Part shown: piece after piece, positions 51,433 to 64,000 of the stretch
Layout of the letters: every line of letters begins with the position of its first letter
Position numbering within the stretch: the stretch's first letter is position 1
Assembly (NCBI GenBank): GCA_965153285.1
Contig: OZ229119.1
Length of the DNA stretch: 64,000 nucleotides
Direction: 5' to 3' (one strand)
DNA from: Podarcis tiliguerta
Taxonomy: Eukaryota
Translations under genes and position numbers: made by a program
Notes under the pieces: model-generated
Told to the model about the DNA's origin: nothing
The model's input: the letters and a program-made list of their open reading frames with translations, nothing else
Databases searched by the model: none

Positions 51433-54400
51433 CCAGTAATTTGCACTCTAGCAACTAACCTTAACATTGTTGATAGAACCTAATTGCAGATTGATGTGTT
51501 TATGATCTGCTCTATGAGGTATTATATTATAAATGTCTGAGTATTGATGGCAGCAATGCAGTTGTAGTTCTGCAGCCAGAAGGGAAATAGGACTTAAGAA
51601 ACGCGGATTGGGACAGGCCAAATTCTGCTGGTCGTCATTTGTTTGAGGTTGTGATATGGCAGAATCTAAGGAAATGAGCTGTACTGGAGGTTGTGCATAT
51701 TGTGCAGAACAAGGAACAAGATCTGTTCAGCTCTATCAGTCAACACTCTTTTCCAGAAGATGACCTATTGAACATTTCCAGGAATAGCCCTGCCAAGCTT
51801 CTCAACTGCTTTCTTGGCAATGCACTCAAGAAAAATGGCTTCGGGCCAACAGAGATGTACAGAAATCCTGGACTGGATTGAGCACTATACTCAGATGGAG
51901 AGAAGTCTGCCTTTCATAGCTGCTGTTTCAGGATTCAGAAATTTCATACTTCCATGTATATTTGCTGCACTGCAATTATTTATTGTTTATTATGGAGGGG
52001 GGGTTGTCATGGAGATAGGACAAAAGAAGGGAACGTTTCCTTTACCAAGGTCTGGAGGGCAAGGGTGCTGCTCTCTCATTCTAAATGAATTTAGAGAAGT
52101 AGTGTATTTTAGCATTTGCCTATATATAGAAAAGGTAGTAGATTTTAAACTATTTTTGCAGTGCAATCTAATACACATCTATTCAGCTGAGTTCAATGCA
52201 AATGATTTTGAGGTAACTGAGTCTTGGTTGCCTTTCAGTGGAATTCTTAGAGCTGCTTAGAGCAGAACACCACACCCACCCACCCACACACACACACTAT
52301 AGAAATCAAGCAGAACAATAAAAACTAAGCAGAAAACTTGCTAAACAGATGGGTGCATCATGCCCAAATGTGCACATTCACATACAGTACTTGCAAATAC
52401 AATAATACACACTCACAATAACTCAGACACTTAAAAACAGAATTTTAAATATGAAATGTTAAGAGAGGTTCAGTCAGCAGGGTTGCAAATGATCAATGCA
52501 TTGGATACAAACATCAGGTTCTGTTAAACTCCTCACTACAATTTAGTACCACTGTTGATATCATTGTGTGGTCTGGGCTGAGAACAAATGTACAACCTTA
52601 CCATCTGGGGAAACTAAACTTGGTGGAAGTAATTAGAAACCAATTAATTGCTGACATTGGACAGCAGACATTTATTTGGCAGTAGATGGCAGATAAATGT
52701 CCCGGCAGCTCACTATCAGCTCCTCCTCAGTTCACTATCATCTTCCTACTCCACCCATATTGATTTTTTATTGATTTGGTTTCTCTTCAGAAAAATAATG
52801 TAGTTGGCAAATGTAGACACCTGCAGATTTGGTGGGTGCTTTGGTGTGCTTGTGGGTTTTGTAGACTTTTGGAGAGGATGGCAGCTTTACAAACATATTC
52901 AGCTGACGTAAACAGGAAAGTCTTTGTGGGATTTTTCATTGTGCTTTTGAGCTTCTTGCCCATTAAGAAAAAAAACACTACCTGGGAATCTGAAGACTGA
53001 TACAACGCACACAAAAAAGAACTTAATAGATATGTCAAGCTGATCAGATCTGAACTATGGGTTCAACACCTTTGGTTGACTCCTAGCTTTTCTGCTGCAG
53101 GTTCTTAGGATGTCTGCTTAGAGAGGTGGCATCTACAGCCTACAGCATGAGCCCTGCAGCTCTGGTTGGGCGTCGGCACCTGGATAAGGGTAAGCCGGAA
53201 AAAAGGGGGGAGGCTTCGTTGGACTTCATTCAGTGAATGAATGAACTAAAGGCACATTAAATAAAAATGATTTGTCTGCTGGCTCTCACCCTTAGCAAGG
53301 GATGCAAGCCCACAATCTCACAAGATTTGCAATCTCCAACTAAGACTTATTCCAGTCTTAACTGAATAATTTAAAAGTCACGTAGACATGTTTTTCATAT
53401 AATATTACTTCCCAGTAAGCATTCCAAAGTTGGAGGAAGATGCTCAGATATTTGGAAAGCAGAACGTTTGAATAGTTCCTGAGAAGGGTAGGGTTGTGAG
53501 CTTTCCATTTCCCAGAGGCTTATCATTGAGCGTTTCGGATTTCATTTATCAAAATAATTGTACACCGACAGACAACAGACAATATGGAGCTGGTGAGTAT
53601 TTTTAAAAGTGGTCTTTTGATAGAAAATCTGGCTCCTGTTACAGACAAATGATAACTGGATAGGAGTTTGTCACAGCAATTATTCATTTTCTACACCTGA
53701 ATTTTTCATTCAACTTTTTTTTTAAAGCCATAATATGAGTTTTAAATAAAAACTACACTGACTTCCACAACAATTATACCACCATGGATGGCCATCTGTT
53801 ATGGATGCTCTAGCTGAGATTCCTGCATTGCAGGGGGTTGGACTAGATGACCCTCACGGCCCCTTCCAACTCTATGACCATACACAGTCTTTGAAATATT
53901 TCAAAGACTGGATGAGTGGTAAAAGTGGTGGTTTTCAGATTGCATATGGAACAGAAGAGCAGCATGTTGAACAACCAAATAGGCAAAACACTTCAGGCTT
54001 TGGACTTATTTTATAATACACTCCATCTCTTTGAATCTTTTTGCCTCTTTCTCCCATCTTGCTTTTCACTGGCAGCCCCGATCAAATAATACCTAGTACA
54101 TTTGACACTGGGGCAGTCTCTTACTGACAGTGCTGTGCAAATGGCTCTCCTGATCATAACATTGCAGCCATCTCTGTCCTTGGCTCTCGCTTGATTCAAG
54201 TTCCTATTATATATTCATGATAAAATATTGTTACCAGAAGTGCACTTAGTAAATTTAGACTCTTGGGGAGGGGAGGGTGGAATAGTCTGTATCACGTCAA
54301 ATGGTCTTGAGTGTTGCCTGCCTCCTGAACACACAGTAATGTGTATGTGCATTTGACTTCTTCCAAAAAAAGAAGCCAGTCCTGCTGCGTTTGGGGTCTC

Positions 54401-55491
54401 TCCTGCTCCTTCTTCTGCATGGACTTCTGACCCAAAGGCCTGCCCTGATTGTTACACTCTCTCCACTTCTCAAATAGCCTAAAACATTATAAGGCAGCTT
54501 CACTTGTTCATCAATGTGTGTAGGCTGCTCCCACACACAACTATGCTCCATGTCATAGGACAAATGGGTGGGGCTTCTCCCTTTTCACCTCCCTGCCATG
54601 TAGGAGAACAATATTCTCGAATTTGATGTGGGACAATGGTTGTCTGAAGGAGTGTTTAAGCTAGCTCTCCACTTATGTTTGTTCAGCTTGTATATTTATA
54701 GCTAAATCAAATATTATTAAACACCATTAGTCTCCAGTGACTTATTCCAAAGGAAGCGAAACCTAGTTGAGCACTGCTCACCTGGAACTTCCACGTTGTT
54801 TTGAGCAATATAACAATATCCGCATCATTGCTTTGCTTTATGAACACCAGTTCCTTTTGAAATAGAAGTATCACAAGTATGTTGCTGGCATTTTTGCGTG
54901 TGCACAGTTTGCATTGCAAAGCTTTTTTTATTATTTAAAGATGCCCATGTTTTAGTGTGATAATAATAAACATAGTAATAAATGATCGTATTGATCTGAA
55001 AAAGAATAGTAGGCATTAGTTCTGAGTTAGATCAAATCTCTTAAAAAACAGTTTCCAGTTGGCACACAGTAAGTGAATTATTTGTGCTATTTACAGCAAT
55101 AGTGCTTCTAGGCATGTTCCACTGCTGGAATTTAAAACCGTGTATTTTTAGACAAGCTTTGAACAGAACTTCCCTTCCACTATTTATTTTGCTGTCTTTG
55201 TCTTTAAAGAGCAAGCGTAGCCAGTAGTGCCGTTGATAATTTTCTGGAGATCATGGGTGGGGTGGGGGTGTCTATAGATGGTTATGTGTATGACTTACTT
55301 CAAAACATGGTAACCAGCCTGGCTGCATTTGGTGAGGGGGAACCTGCCCATTCTGCCCTAACGTTCTACCCTAAATGCACCACTCAATTGAGTTATACAG
55401 TGAGCGCATAGCATGTTGGGACAGGGGCACAGAAATATACTATACCTGAACAGAAGAGTCACTCTGTACACCAGTTCTGATTCTTCCCTAT

Positions 55492-55493
<2 letters not shown>

Positions 55494-55526
<33 letters not shown>
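55494..55526. repeat. (GT)n microsatellite
   Basis: Direct reading. Confidence 0.95.
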
Positions 55527-55527
<1 letters not shown>

Positions 55528-56221
55528 TCCCCCGATACATGCCACTCCACTCTCTGACCAGCAGGAGATTTCAGGGGTTCCAGTGCTAGTCCAGAGTTCA
55601 GTTTCCTTGGAATAACGGTCAGTGGAGACTGTGGCGTCTTTAAGATATATGGTTTTATTTTCACATATATCCAACCTGAGCATGGATTGTGGATGTGACT
55701 TAATATGGTTTCTATTTTCAGAAAAGAATAACTTCTTTGCCTAAGCTCATGGGCTGCACAAACTTGCAAAAGCCAGATCTGATGGGAAATTTCTATGCCA
55801 CAGAGGACTTAATAATGCTAATGTTAAAGAACCTTGTACTAGAACACAAGGCCAGTCCACAGGAGCCAGCTATGTTTTTTAATTGAGTTTCTAGCATATT
55901 TTATAATTAGAAAAGCCCTAAGGATAAAATAAATTTAGCTGTAATTATTTCTTTATTGGTATTTTACCAGATGGCTGCTATTATGGCTTCATAAGCAAAA
56001 GACTAGCAGCATTATACTTGGCCTGCATATCCTGAATTAATTTAGTTGCAAACTCAAATGTCCTCAGGTGGTAAAAATTACAAGGCTTAGCCTATGAGGC
56101 TGTGCCCACTTCCCTAGGAGTAAGCCCTGCTGAAGGCACTGGGACTTACTTCTGAGGGGACATGTGTGGGTTTGCACTGTAAAACTATGATACTGCTGCC
56201 AACTGTTGTTTAACAGATCTA

Positions 56222-56634
56222 CCGTATTTTTCGCTCTATAGGATTCACCCAACCATAGGACGCACTTTGTTTTAGAGGGGGAGAACAAGGGAAAAAAATT
56301 CTCCCCCTCTCTGCTTAGCGCCCCTTCAGCGAAGCGGCAGGAGAAACGGAGCCCCTTCCATTTCTCCTCCCGCTTCGCTGAAGGGGTGCTGCACAGCGCG
56401 AGTTCCCGCTGCGCTCCAAAGGCTTCAGGGATAACTGACCCCTCTCGCTCTCCAGGCTTCAGCGAAAGCAACGCGAAGCCTTAGAGCATGGAGGGAGTGC
56501 AACCTCTGCGCTTCGGAGGCTTCGCATTGTTATCGCTGAAGCCAAGGAGCCTGCATTCGCTCCATAGGATGCAAACACATTTCCCCTTGATTTTTGGAGG
56601 GGGAAAAGTGTGTCCTATAGAGCAAAAAATACGG
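56222..56634. mobile_element. MITE, CCGTATTTT TIR family
   Basis: ta-ccgtatttttcgctctatagga ... tcctatagagcaaaaaatacgg-ta. Confidence 0.9.
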
Positions 56635-57449
56635 TAACTAGCAACAACACATGCTTGGTGAGATGCATTGAAAAGTATGGGAGGAACACATGACTGTTGG
56701 GAAGACTATGAATACTCCACAAGCAAATCAGGTTGAATGCTTGTTGTTGTATAACCTCTCTGCAAGCAGAACAAATGCTCAATAAAGACCAGACATAAAA
56801 TCTAACCTCCACCTAAGCTTTGTGCAAGCAAATCAGAACGAAGGCTGAATAAATAGGTCATTGAAGGAGCCCTTAGTGCAAAGGGGGAATAATGCACAGT
56901 GCTTGCTGGATGGCATGGAGCTGCTTCTTTGAATGTCTTGTCAGCATGATGTGAAAAGAATTGAATACACAAAGCGAAAGCAATCAGAGTTTACATCTTA
57001 ATCTTTTGTTTGGCTTCCCAAATATTCTTCAAGCTGCCTCTGCTGGATGCGTAAGTACAGAGAGGAATGTCCAAAAATAACTCTTTGTGTTCAACATGTC
57101 AGCCAGAGGTTACCTTGTGTGTTTCTTAGACAAGGAAGAAAGCAAAACAAAGGCATTAGGCTGTCATGTGTGGACTTACATTTCTTTCAATATGAGTGAA
57201 AACCTCATGTGGTATAACACTGAAGTATTTGGGCAATTCTGAAACATTGAATCATTTCTGTTTATTCTTTGGATTGCTACTTCCTATAGGCAAAATAGAC
57301 CATCTGTGTGCATTAGGCTTTGAAAGGAATATATTTCAGTTATCAAAATGCATATTAAGTCGTATAGATGAACACGTGTCTACTGCTTTTGTCAAATGTG
57401 AGCTTTCTGACTTCTTGTTTACAATGCTATGTGATCTGAAAATTTGCCA

Positions 57450-57720
57450 GTAAACTGAAGCTCAGTCAAGACAAGATGGAGTTTCTTTTGGTGGGTGGTT
57501 AAGTTGTTCAGATGAGTAGGGTTCACCCAGTTCTCGATGGGGCTGGACTCCCCTGAAGAACAAGTTTGCAGTCTGAGAATGCTCAGTAATCCATCTTTGC
57601 AACACCTCTCCATGGCATGGTGCATCTTCTACCAGCTTAGGCTGGCACACCAATGATGACTGTACCTGGACAGAGATTGCTTGGCCTCCATGCCTTGGAA
57701 ACCACCGTATTAGAATACTG
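57450..57720 (+). mobile_element. Ancient L2 RT fragment
   Basis: Decayed DNA for PVLDG..PLKEQV.SL...FYQLRL. Confidence 0.5.
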
Positions 57721-58509
57721 TGGTGCAATAAATACCAAGTTGCCTTTGAAAAGGGTTCAGAAACTGTAACTTGCTGTGGAATGTTCTCCTTGGGGAGGTA
57801 CTTATCCAGGTTTTAGATCCTCCTCCCTGATGTTCTGCCTCCTGAAATCACAGATTGCCCTGGGCCAATCCAACCTGATTTGCAGCAATCCATGGTTGTG
57901 TATACCCTTCTCACCCAAGGCCCTCCAAATATATCCCATTTTGCTCAGGACTTGGTCAAATCCAGTGCACAGCCTTAGTTCGTATAGCAAAGGCCACTTA
58001 TCTTGCTCGTTTTTTTCTTTCTTTCTTTCTTTCCCTGTCTGTTTCTCCTAAAACAATATCTATGCCAATTACTATAAAGATATAATTTGGCACAATTAGC
58101 TACTGGCTGAAACAGGAGTCTCGTAATTCTGAGAGGCTTCCCAAATTGTGTTATTTGGAGCAAGTTCAAGCAATTTGCTGCTCTTTGGGATGAAAAGCTT
58201 TTTCATCCACTCGACATGGATGCTCTCCAAGAGGGCTCCATTCCAGTTAAATGCAAAAGATGCAAAAATCTTCATTTACACAGATCAGTAGGATCTTTAG
58301 TAGGGATAAGGTATCCAGATGCACTGCATGGCTTGGATTTGGTAAAACCTCACATAGATTTGAAAACATTTCACTGATGAGGGGGTATAGCTCAGCAGCA
58401 GAACACATGCTATGCAGAAGGTCCCAAATTCAATCTCTTTCAGGTTCAGGTAGAGCTGGGAAAGATCCCCATCAGGAAACCCTGAAGAGCTGTTGCCAGT
58501 CATTATAGA

Positions 58510-59368
58510 CTGGGGTCAGCAAACTTTTTCATCAGGGGGCTGGTCCACTGTCCCTCAGACACTGTGGGGGGGCCGGACGATATTTTGAAAAATATAAATA
58601 CCCTGCAGGCCTGTCCCGCAGCTGCCTCCGGACCTGGAGGAGGAACGCACTCTGCACGTGCCCAGGAGCGCATCTCGGCACCGCCCACTCACTAGGATTG
58701 TTGACGAGCAGCAGCTGCTCCATCGGCCCATTCCCGCAGAGGCCAGGTTGGCAGGCAGGCCGCGTACATGGAGCACTGGGCAGTCAGCCACAGCTCGCCC
58801 TCCAGCTGCTCCAGCATGGCCACAGAATGCACCACCAGCAGCAGCACGAGGCCAGGCGCCAGGCATGGGACCAGCAGGTGCGCCAAGCTCTGGCTGAAGT
58901 CCTGAGACGTGCCCATCATGATGTCCATGGTGCAGCCCAGACTGGCCTCTCCATCCATGGCTGCACTGGGTTTACCTCAGCTGTGGGCGGCAAGGCTTCG
59001 GATTGGCTGCAGGAACTTCCTGCAGCCAATCCAAAGCCACACCAGTGTTGCCGCCTGCCCAGATCTGCCTGTGGCTTCGGATTGGCTACAGGAGCTTCTT
59101 GCAGCCAATCCGAAGCTGCGCCAGCATTGCCGTCCCCCCAGAGGTGTCCGCGCTTCAGACTGGCTGCTGGAGCTTCCTGCAGCCAATCTGAAGCTGCACC
59201 AGCGTTGCTGCCCGCCCAGAGCCGTGCCAGCTTCATGGAAGTCAGTCCCTGCACAGCGAGGCGTCTGCAGTGCGCAGGGACTGGCCAAGCAGGCGGCAGG
59301 GTCCGCAGGCTGGATTTACGAGCCGGGGGGAATGCATCTGGCCCCAGGCCTTAGTTTGCCAACCCTTG
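58510..59368. mobile_element. Non-autonomous hAT-like element (Pack-type, SPR cargo)
   Basis: Imperfect TIRs ctggggtcagcaaact ... agtttgccaacccttg. Degenerate 8-bp flanks ttatagac / ttgtagag resemble the NNNTAGAN Charlie-type target (boundary uncertain by 1 nt). The element interrupts a SINE whose two halves rejoin across it. Confidence 0.8.
58693..58958 (-). pseudogene. SPR: Degenerate copy of sepiapterin reductase exon 1 carried inside a DNA transposon
   Basis: Joining three frames gives MDGEASLGCTMDIMMGTSQDFSQSLAHLLVPCLAPGLVLLLVVHSVAMLEQLEGEL / ADCPVLHVRGLPANLASAG / GPMEQLLLVNN. Recalled human SPR reads [54 protein letters not shown]...GLRVVRVPADLGAEAG...GLQRLLLINNAG. GCAGCCATGG start context; GTGAGT donor right after the NN codons. 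Two frameshifts and an internal deletion. Confidence 0.88.
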
Positions 59369-59439
59369 TTGTAGAGAATACTGAGCTAGATGAGCAAAAA
59401 AGACAGGTTCCTCTGTTCCCATGAGCCCATTGGTTAATC

Positions 59440-59810
59440 ATGCAGGTGGCATTGTGGTCTAAAGCACTGAGCTTCTTGGGGTTGCCAATCGGAAGGTCAG
59501 CAGTTCAAATCCCCACAAAGGGTGAGCTCCTGTTGCTCTGTCCCAGCTCCTGCCAACCTAGCAGTTTGAAAGCATGCCAGTGCAAGTAGATAAATAGGCA
59601 GGAAGGTAAACGGTGTTTCCGTGCACTCTGGTTTCCGTCACGGTGTTCCGTTGTGCCAGAAGCAGTTTAGTCATGCTAACCACATGACCTGGAAAGCTGT
59701 CTGTGGACAAACGTCGGCTCCCTCGGCCTGAAAGTGAGATGAGCACCACAACCCCACAGTCTCCTTTGACTGGACTTAACCATCCAGGGGTCCTTTACCT
59801 TTACCTTTTT
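59440..59810 (+). mobile_element. Sauria SINE, older CpG-decayed copy
   Basis: Colinear with the 62993 copy; tail tcctttacctttaccttttt. Confidence 0.85.
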
Positions 59811-62800
59811 CATGCATTAAATGATATGGGAATGGTGGCTGAATAAAATGCCTTCAGAATCCCACAGGCATCTTGTTGGCCACTGTGAGAACAGGATATG
59901 AGACTAGATGGGTCACTCACCTGATCCAGTGGGCTTTTCTTATGTCCTTATGAACTGGGCTGGCTCAGTTTGGACAATTTGGAATGACAACCCTCCACTG
60001 AGAGGGAGGGCATTCTATACATGCTCAAAAGCACTCTGTCCGGTGTTGGGAAGGTTGAGTCCTTCAAGGGACAAGAACATGAAATCAAGAAACAAAGTTG
60101 CTCAGAGACAGGTTCTTCAGAACCCTGGACAGGTCCCAGGGATCAGGCAGATTGTTCCACCAAGTGCATAATGTTAAGTTCTCATTTGGGCCTGATTACC
60201 CCTTGCAGACTCCGCCTTCTCGCTGCGAAATGGAATGCCTTACAGGGCCATTGCCTGTAATAACTCCATATTACAGCACTGACTTTTACTGGACACGCTC
60301 CCTGTAGTAGCAAGCAGGCTCAGCGGAGTGTGAGAATGCTGGGAGTGAGGACCCCACACCTGCACCCTGATAGTTTCCAGCTTCAGGACTGCAGTGTCTG
60401 GGGATTCTGGTTTACGGCTCTCTGGTTCAAAGGCTCTAGCATTCCCTGCTTGCTGGACTTCAGAGCCTTGACAGTGCCCTGATCCTTCACCCCTTCACTA
60501 TGTGCTACTAGCCTACTTGAGTTGACTGGCTCTCTCTGTTTGAGTCCAATGTCCAGGAAACTGCTGGCCAACTAGGGTTGCTTCTATGTTATATACAGTA
60601 TATTTTTCTGGAATTGCCATCTTTTGTTCATTCCAAGCTGGGACCAGACAAGCCAATGTTGGGGTTTGCTCTAGCTATAGATTTCATGCACCGAGCAGAA
60701 GGTTGGACTAGGTGGCCTGCAAGACGTCTTGCAACTCTATGGTTGTTTGTTTCCCTTTTACAGAGCATCCAGATGGCACTGGCTGTTTGGTGCTTCCCCC
60801 CTCCTGTGTATTTCCAGACCTGCTATGTGGCAAATGGTTTTGAAATAAAATGCACTTCAGCCTATGCAGGCTGGAGTGAGAAAGCTGTATTAAGGCTTTC
60901 AGGGTGCTTTATATTAAACACTTCCTCTTTATAGTTTCAGCCCATTTTTATTACTTCCTATTGATCGGGGCTGGAGGATTAGGATGTAATCAACAGCCTC
61001 TCTGGATTGTTCCAGAGTCCACTTTTGTCTCCATGTGGAAAATTTAATTACTGATTTCTATGGGGCTCCTTTGCTTTGGGGGCGGGAGAATGAATCCAGA
61101 TCAGAATATACAACCAGATTACAAACAGAATGGGAAGATTTCCTGTGCCAAGGGAATACCCATTAAATACAGTACTGAGGCTTTTAAATCTGGGCTATAA
61201 GTTATTGTCTGCTGCCTCTGAGCAATGAGGATTTTGTTGTCCTACACACACATACACTCACCAGCTCCAGTATACTTGCTAGAATTGCCCCACAGTGTTC
61301 AGGCCAATACTACTCTTCAAAGGAACTCAGCATAAAATATGCAATATGAAAAGAAGCAAGATTTCAACTATGTTGAGATAGATGGATGGGAAAACTGAAT
61401 TCAAAATTGAAATTGCTTTGTAAATCAATGTGTGTGTGTGAATGTATTATCCAGCTATAAAATAGTTCATTGGCTAAACTACAAAAAAATCAGTCTATTA
61501 AAAAAAAACACCCAAGCCGTTCCGTCTATACTAAAAACAGTGAATGGACCTTATATAACTGGAACGACATAATCCATTTGTAATAGGAAGGCATCAAGGG
61601 AACCTTAAAGTTTGCAGAAGTACAAATTCTGCAGGTGGGGAGGGGTGACCTTTAGAGGACCTCCTCCCAAAAGAGCTCTATCAGGACTGAATATGTCCAC
61701 AGACTGCTGTGTCCACAGAATACTAACTGTCTGTCGTGCATACACAGGAAATGACAGAAAACTGGGGTGGGTTGAGGGGGAATGGAATGGGGTGATTAGC
61801 ATCCTGAACAGTAGCCCTCCATACTGCAAGATTTTGTTGCAGATCCCACTTATTTATCTGCCCTTGTATTCATATAGGAAAATAAATAAATCTGAGGTAG
61901 GCTCATGTCTGCCTGAATTGTCATGGTATGAAAACTTTAATAGCTTGAGTGGCTTCCATACAGAAAATTAGTTCAAACCATGGTGCCACAATATATATTT
62001 AAAATGAGGGTTCTTTGCTGGTTGAATTTGATGCATAATTTTCTTTTTTCTTTTTCCAACGTAATTGTAGTCACTCGAAATTGATTAACCAACTGATGTT
62101 TATGTGGCTGCTTTGGGCACTTTCAATTATTTGTCCTGTATACAATTGCTTAAGTAGGACCTTGTGCAGAGATCCAAGGTCATTAGCTTCAGACTATGAT
62201 GAAGCATAGATTTGGTAATTAAAATACTTATTTTACTAAACAACTGCATGTTGGCACAGAGGGTTTCTCACTGCACTCTTGGCAAAAGCACCATGTATAA
62301 TTAATGAACAGTATACTTATTATTTTGTGTAACACCGGCTTGAGTCCAGAAGCTAAGATGCAGTCGGATCTTCAGTTTCCAGGAATTTTGCTGTGGGGTT
62401 TCGTGTTTCTATAGAGACAGTATTCGTGTTGCTTCACAAAAATAGGCCTGAAAATTTGTAACATCTTTCGTTTTCTGTAATAGGCGTTACTCCCTAGATA
62501 AACTGCAGAAGGCATCATAAATTGCTTCTTTCCATGATACAATTTATGTGAAATACTAACCATTTATTTGGGTCAGCTGTAAAACTTGCACACTTTAATT
62601 GGTCTCTCTGTAGCAAAAGCTACTTGGAGGCTGTTTGACTGCAATAGTGCCTATGGTGGAATATTTTGTTTGCATTGATTTGAATTATACTTCGAAGCTA
62701 AAACTCAGGCTCTAAACATGGTATCACCATGCAATGAAATTGCTTTGAATTTGAGAAGAAAAGCCTTGTACAATAGTTATTTGAGCAAATGGGGATGCTG

Positions 62801-62992
62801 CCAAGCCTACCAACTTCTTTGGCATCTGTGGCTGAATACACACTATTGTTCAAATTGTATGTTGACCATTTCTAGGTATTTTGAGAGTTCTAACCAGAAC
62901 CCTGATTCTTGTTTATAAGTTTCAGTGCCAGGAACAGCTAAAACAGTGCTTCCACTTAGTATTAAGATATAACATGAGGTTCATGCCCAAAT

Positions 62993-63339
62993 GGGGATGC
63001 GGGTGGCGCTGTGGGTTAAACCACAGAGCCTAGGGCTTGCCGATCAGAAGGTTGTCGGTTCGAATCCCCGCGACGGGGTGGCCTCCCATTGCTCGGTCCC
63101 TGCTCCTGCCAACCTAGCAGTTTGAAAGCATGTCAAAGTGCAAGTAGATAAATAGGTACCACTCTGGCGGGAAGGTAAATGGTGTTTCCGTGCACTGCTC
63201 TGGTTTGCCAGAATCAGCTTAGTCTTGCTGGCCACATGACCCAGAAGCTATACGCCAGCTCCCTCGGCCAATAAAGCGAGATGAGCGCTGCAACCCCAGA
63301 GTCGGTCACGACTGGACCTAATGGTCAGGGCTCCCTTTA
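62993..63339 (+). mobile_element. Sauria SINE
   Basis: ggggatgcgggtggcgctgtgg...ggttcgaatcccc...ccctttac; near-perfect TSD catgcccaaat / catggccaaat. Confidence 0.9.
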
Positions 63340-64000
63340 CATGGCCAAATACAGAGTGATGCCATATAACATACGTGACCATAAGGCATTTCCACCAACC
63401 ATCGGCTGTGACCAGGGAGCTTCAAGGCATTCTTTTGGCCATTGCACACCCTTCCTCTCACTTCTCAAAGTCAAGGTCCATAGCACCTCAAGACTAATCA
63501 AAGGGGTTTTGTTTCTTACCTAAAGCAAAAAAAAAAAAAACAAAAAAAAAACCCACACAGGACTCTCCTCCCCCCGGCACTAAAGATTAATAATAAATTA
63601 GATAGATGAACAATTTGCTGCCATTTCATGACAGCTAATTCACTTGGCCTAATAGTAGGACCGGTTTTATTGGCTTTTTTGGCAATGGGATGTGTGATAC
63701 ACTGCAGGTGTAAAAGGTCACAAAGTCTTGCCTCTGGCAACTCTCTTGAGGTACAAATGTATCTTGTAGTTCTAATGGATACGTTGAGTTTTGGGTTCTC
63801 CATGGGAAGAAGGATGAAATCTGGTTATAAAGGAAGAGTTCGTTGTGAATTTCCATTTCATTATACATTATACATTATAAATGAAGTCTGGAGTATTAGC
63901 ATTGATGCTCCATCTAGAATTTCACACCTAGGAGGACCACTGTAATGAGATCTCACTGACTCTCTGGACTCATGCTTTTCGCAGTCCAGAAAACATGTTT

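Larger units (their letters stand above)
58380..59422 (+). mobile_element. tRNA-derived SINE split by the hAT element (58380-58509 and 59369-59422)
   Basis: Head gggggtatagctcag...gcagaaggtcccaaattcaatc (A/B-box relic). The body ...gagctgttgccagtca resumes as gtagagaatactgagctagatg...ttcctctgttccc after the insertion. Confidence 0.7.

Noticed and set aside
58698-59424. 218-aa and 171-aa plus-strand ORFs
   Set aside because: Antisense shadow of the GC3-rich SPR fragment plus GC-rich hairpin repeats; not genuine proteins.
63628-63945. ORF with a hydrophobic, transmembrane-like N-terminus (possible PLXNC1 exon)
   Set aside because: No recognisable plexin similarity and no convincing splice sites.

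Overview
Vertebrate genomic DNA, most likely a squamate (probably a lacertid lizard, inferred from Sauria SINEs, Bov-B and CR1-tailed tRNA SINEs), with one 262-N assembly gap. The only intact protein-coding gene is CRADD/RAIDD on the + strand. It has a CARD exon (6359-6656) and a death-domain exon (38543-38844) joined by a 31.9-kb phase-1 intron, giving a 199-aa ORF; a probable CpG-rich promoter and non-coding exon 1 lie near 3.85-4.56 kb. The rest is intronic or intergenic and dense with transposons: TA-flanked Tc1/mariner-pogo MITEs, 8-bp-TSD hAT-type MITEs, Bov-B, CR1, L2, L1 and RTE-X/Daphne-like LINE relics, and tRNA-derived SINEs, several of them nested. The most notable finding is an ~860-bp non-autonomous hAT-like element (58510-59368). 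It carries a CpG-decayed genomic copy of sepiapterin reductase (SPR) exon 1, including its Kozak context, splice donor and the start of intron 1, which points to Pack-type DNA-transposon gene capture. All family and homology assignments are from recognition and memory; no database searches were run.
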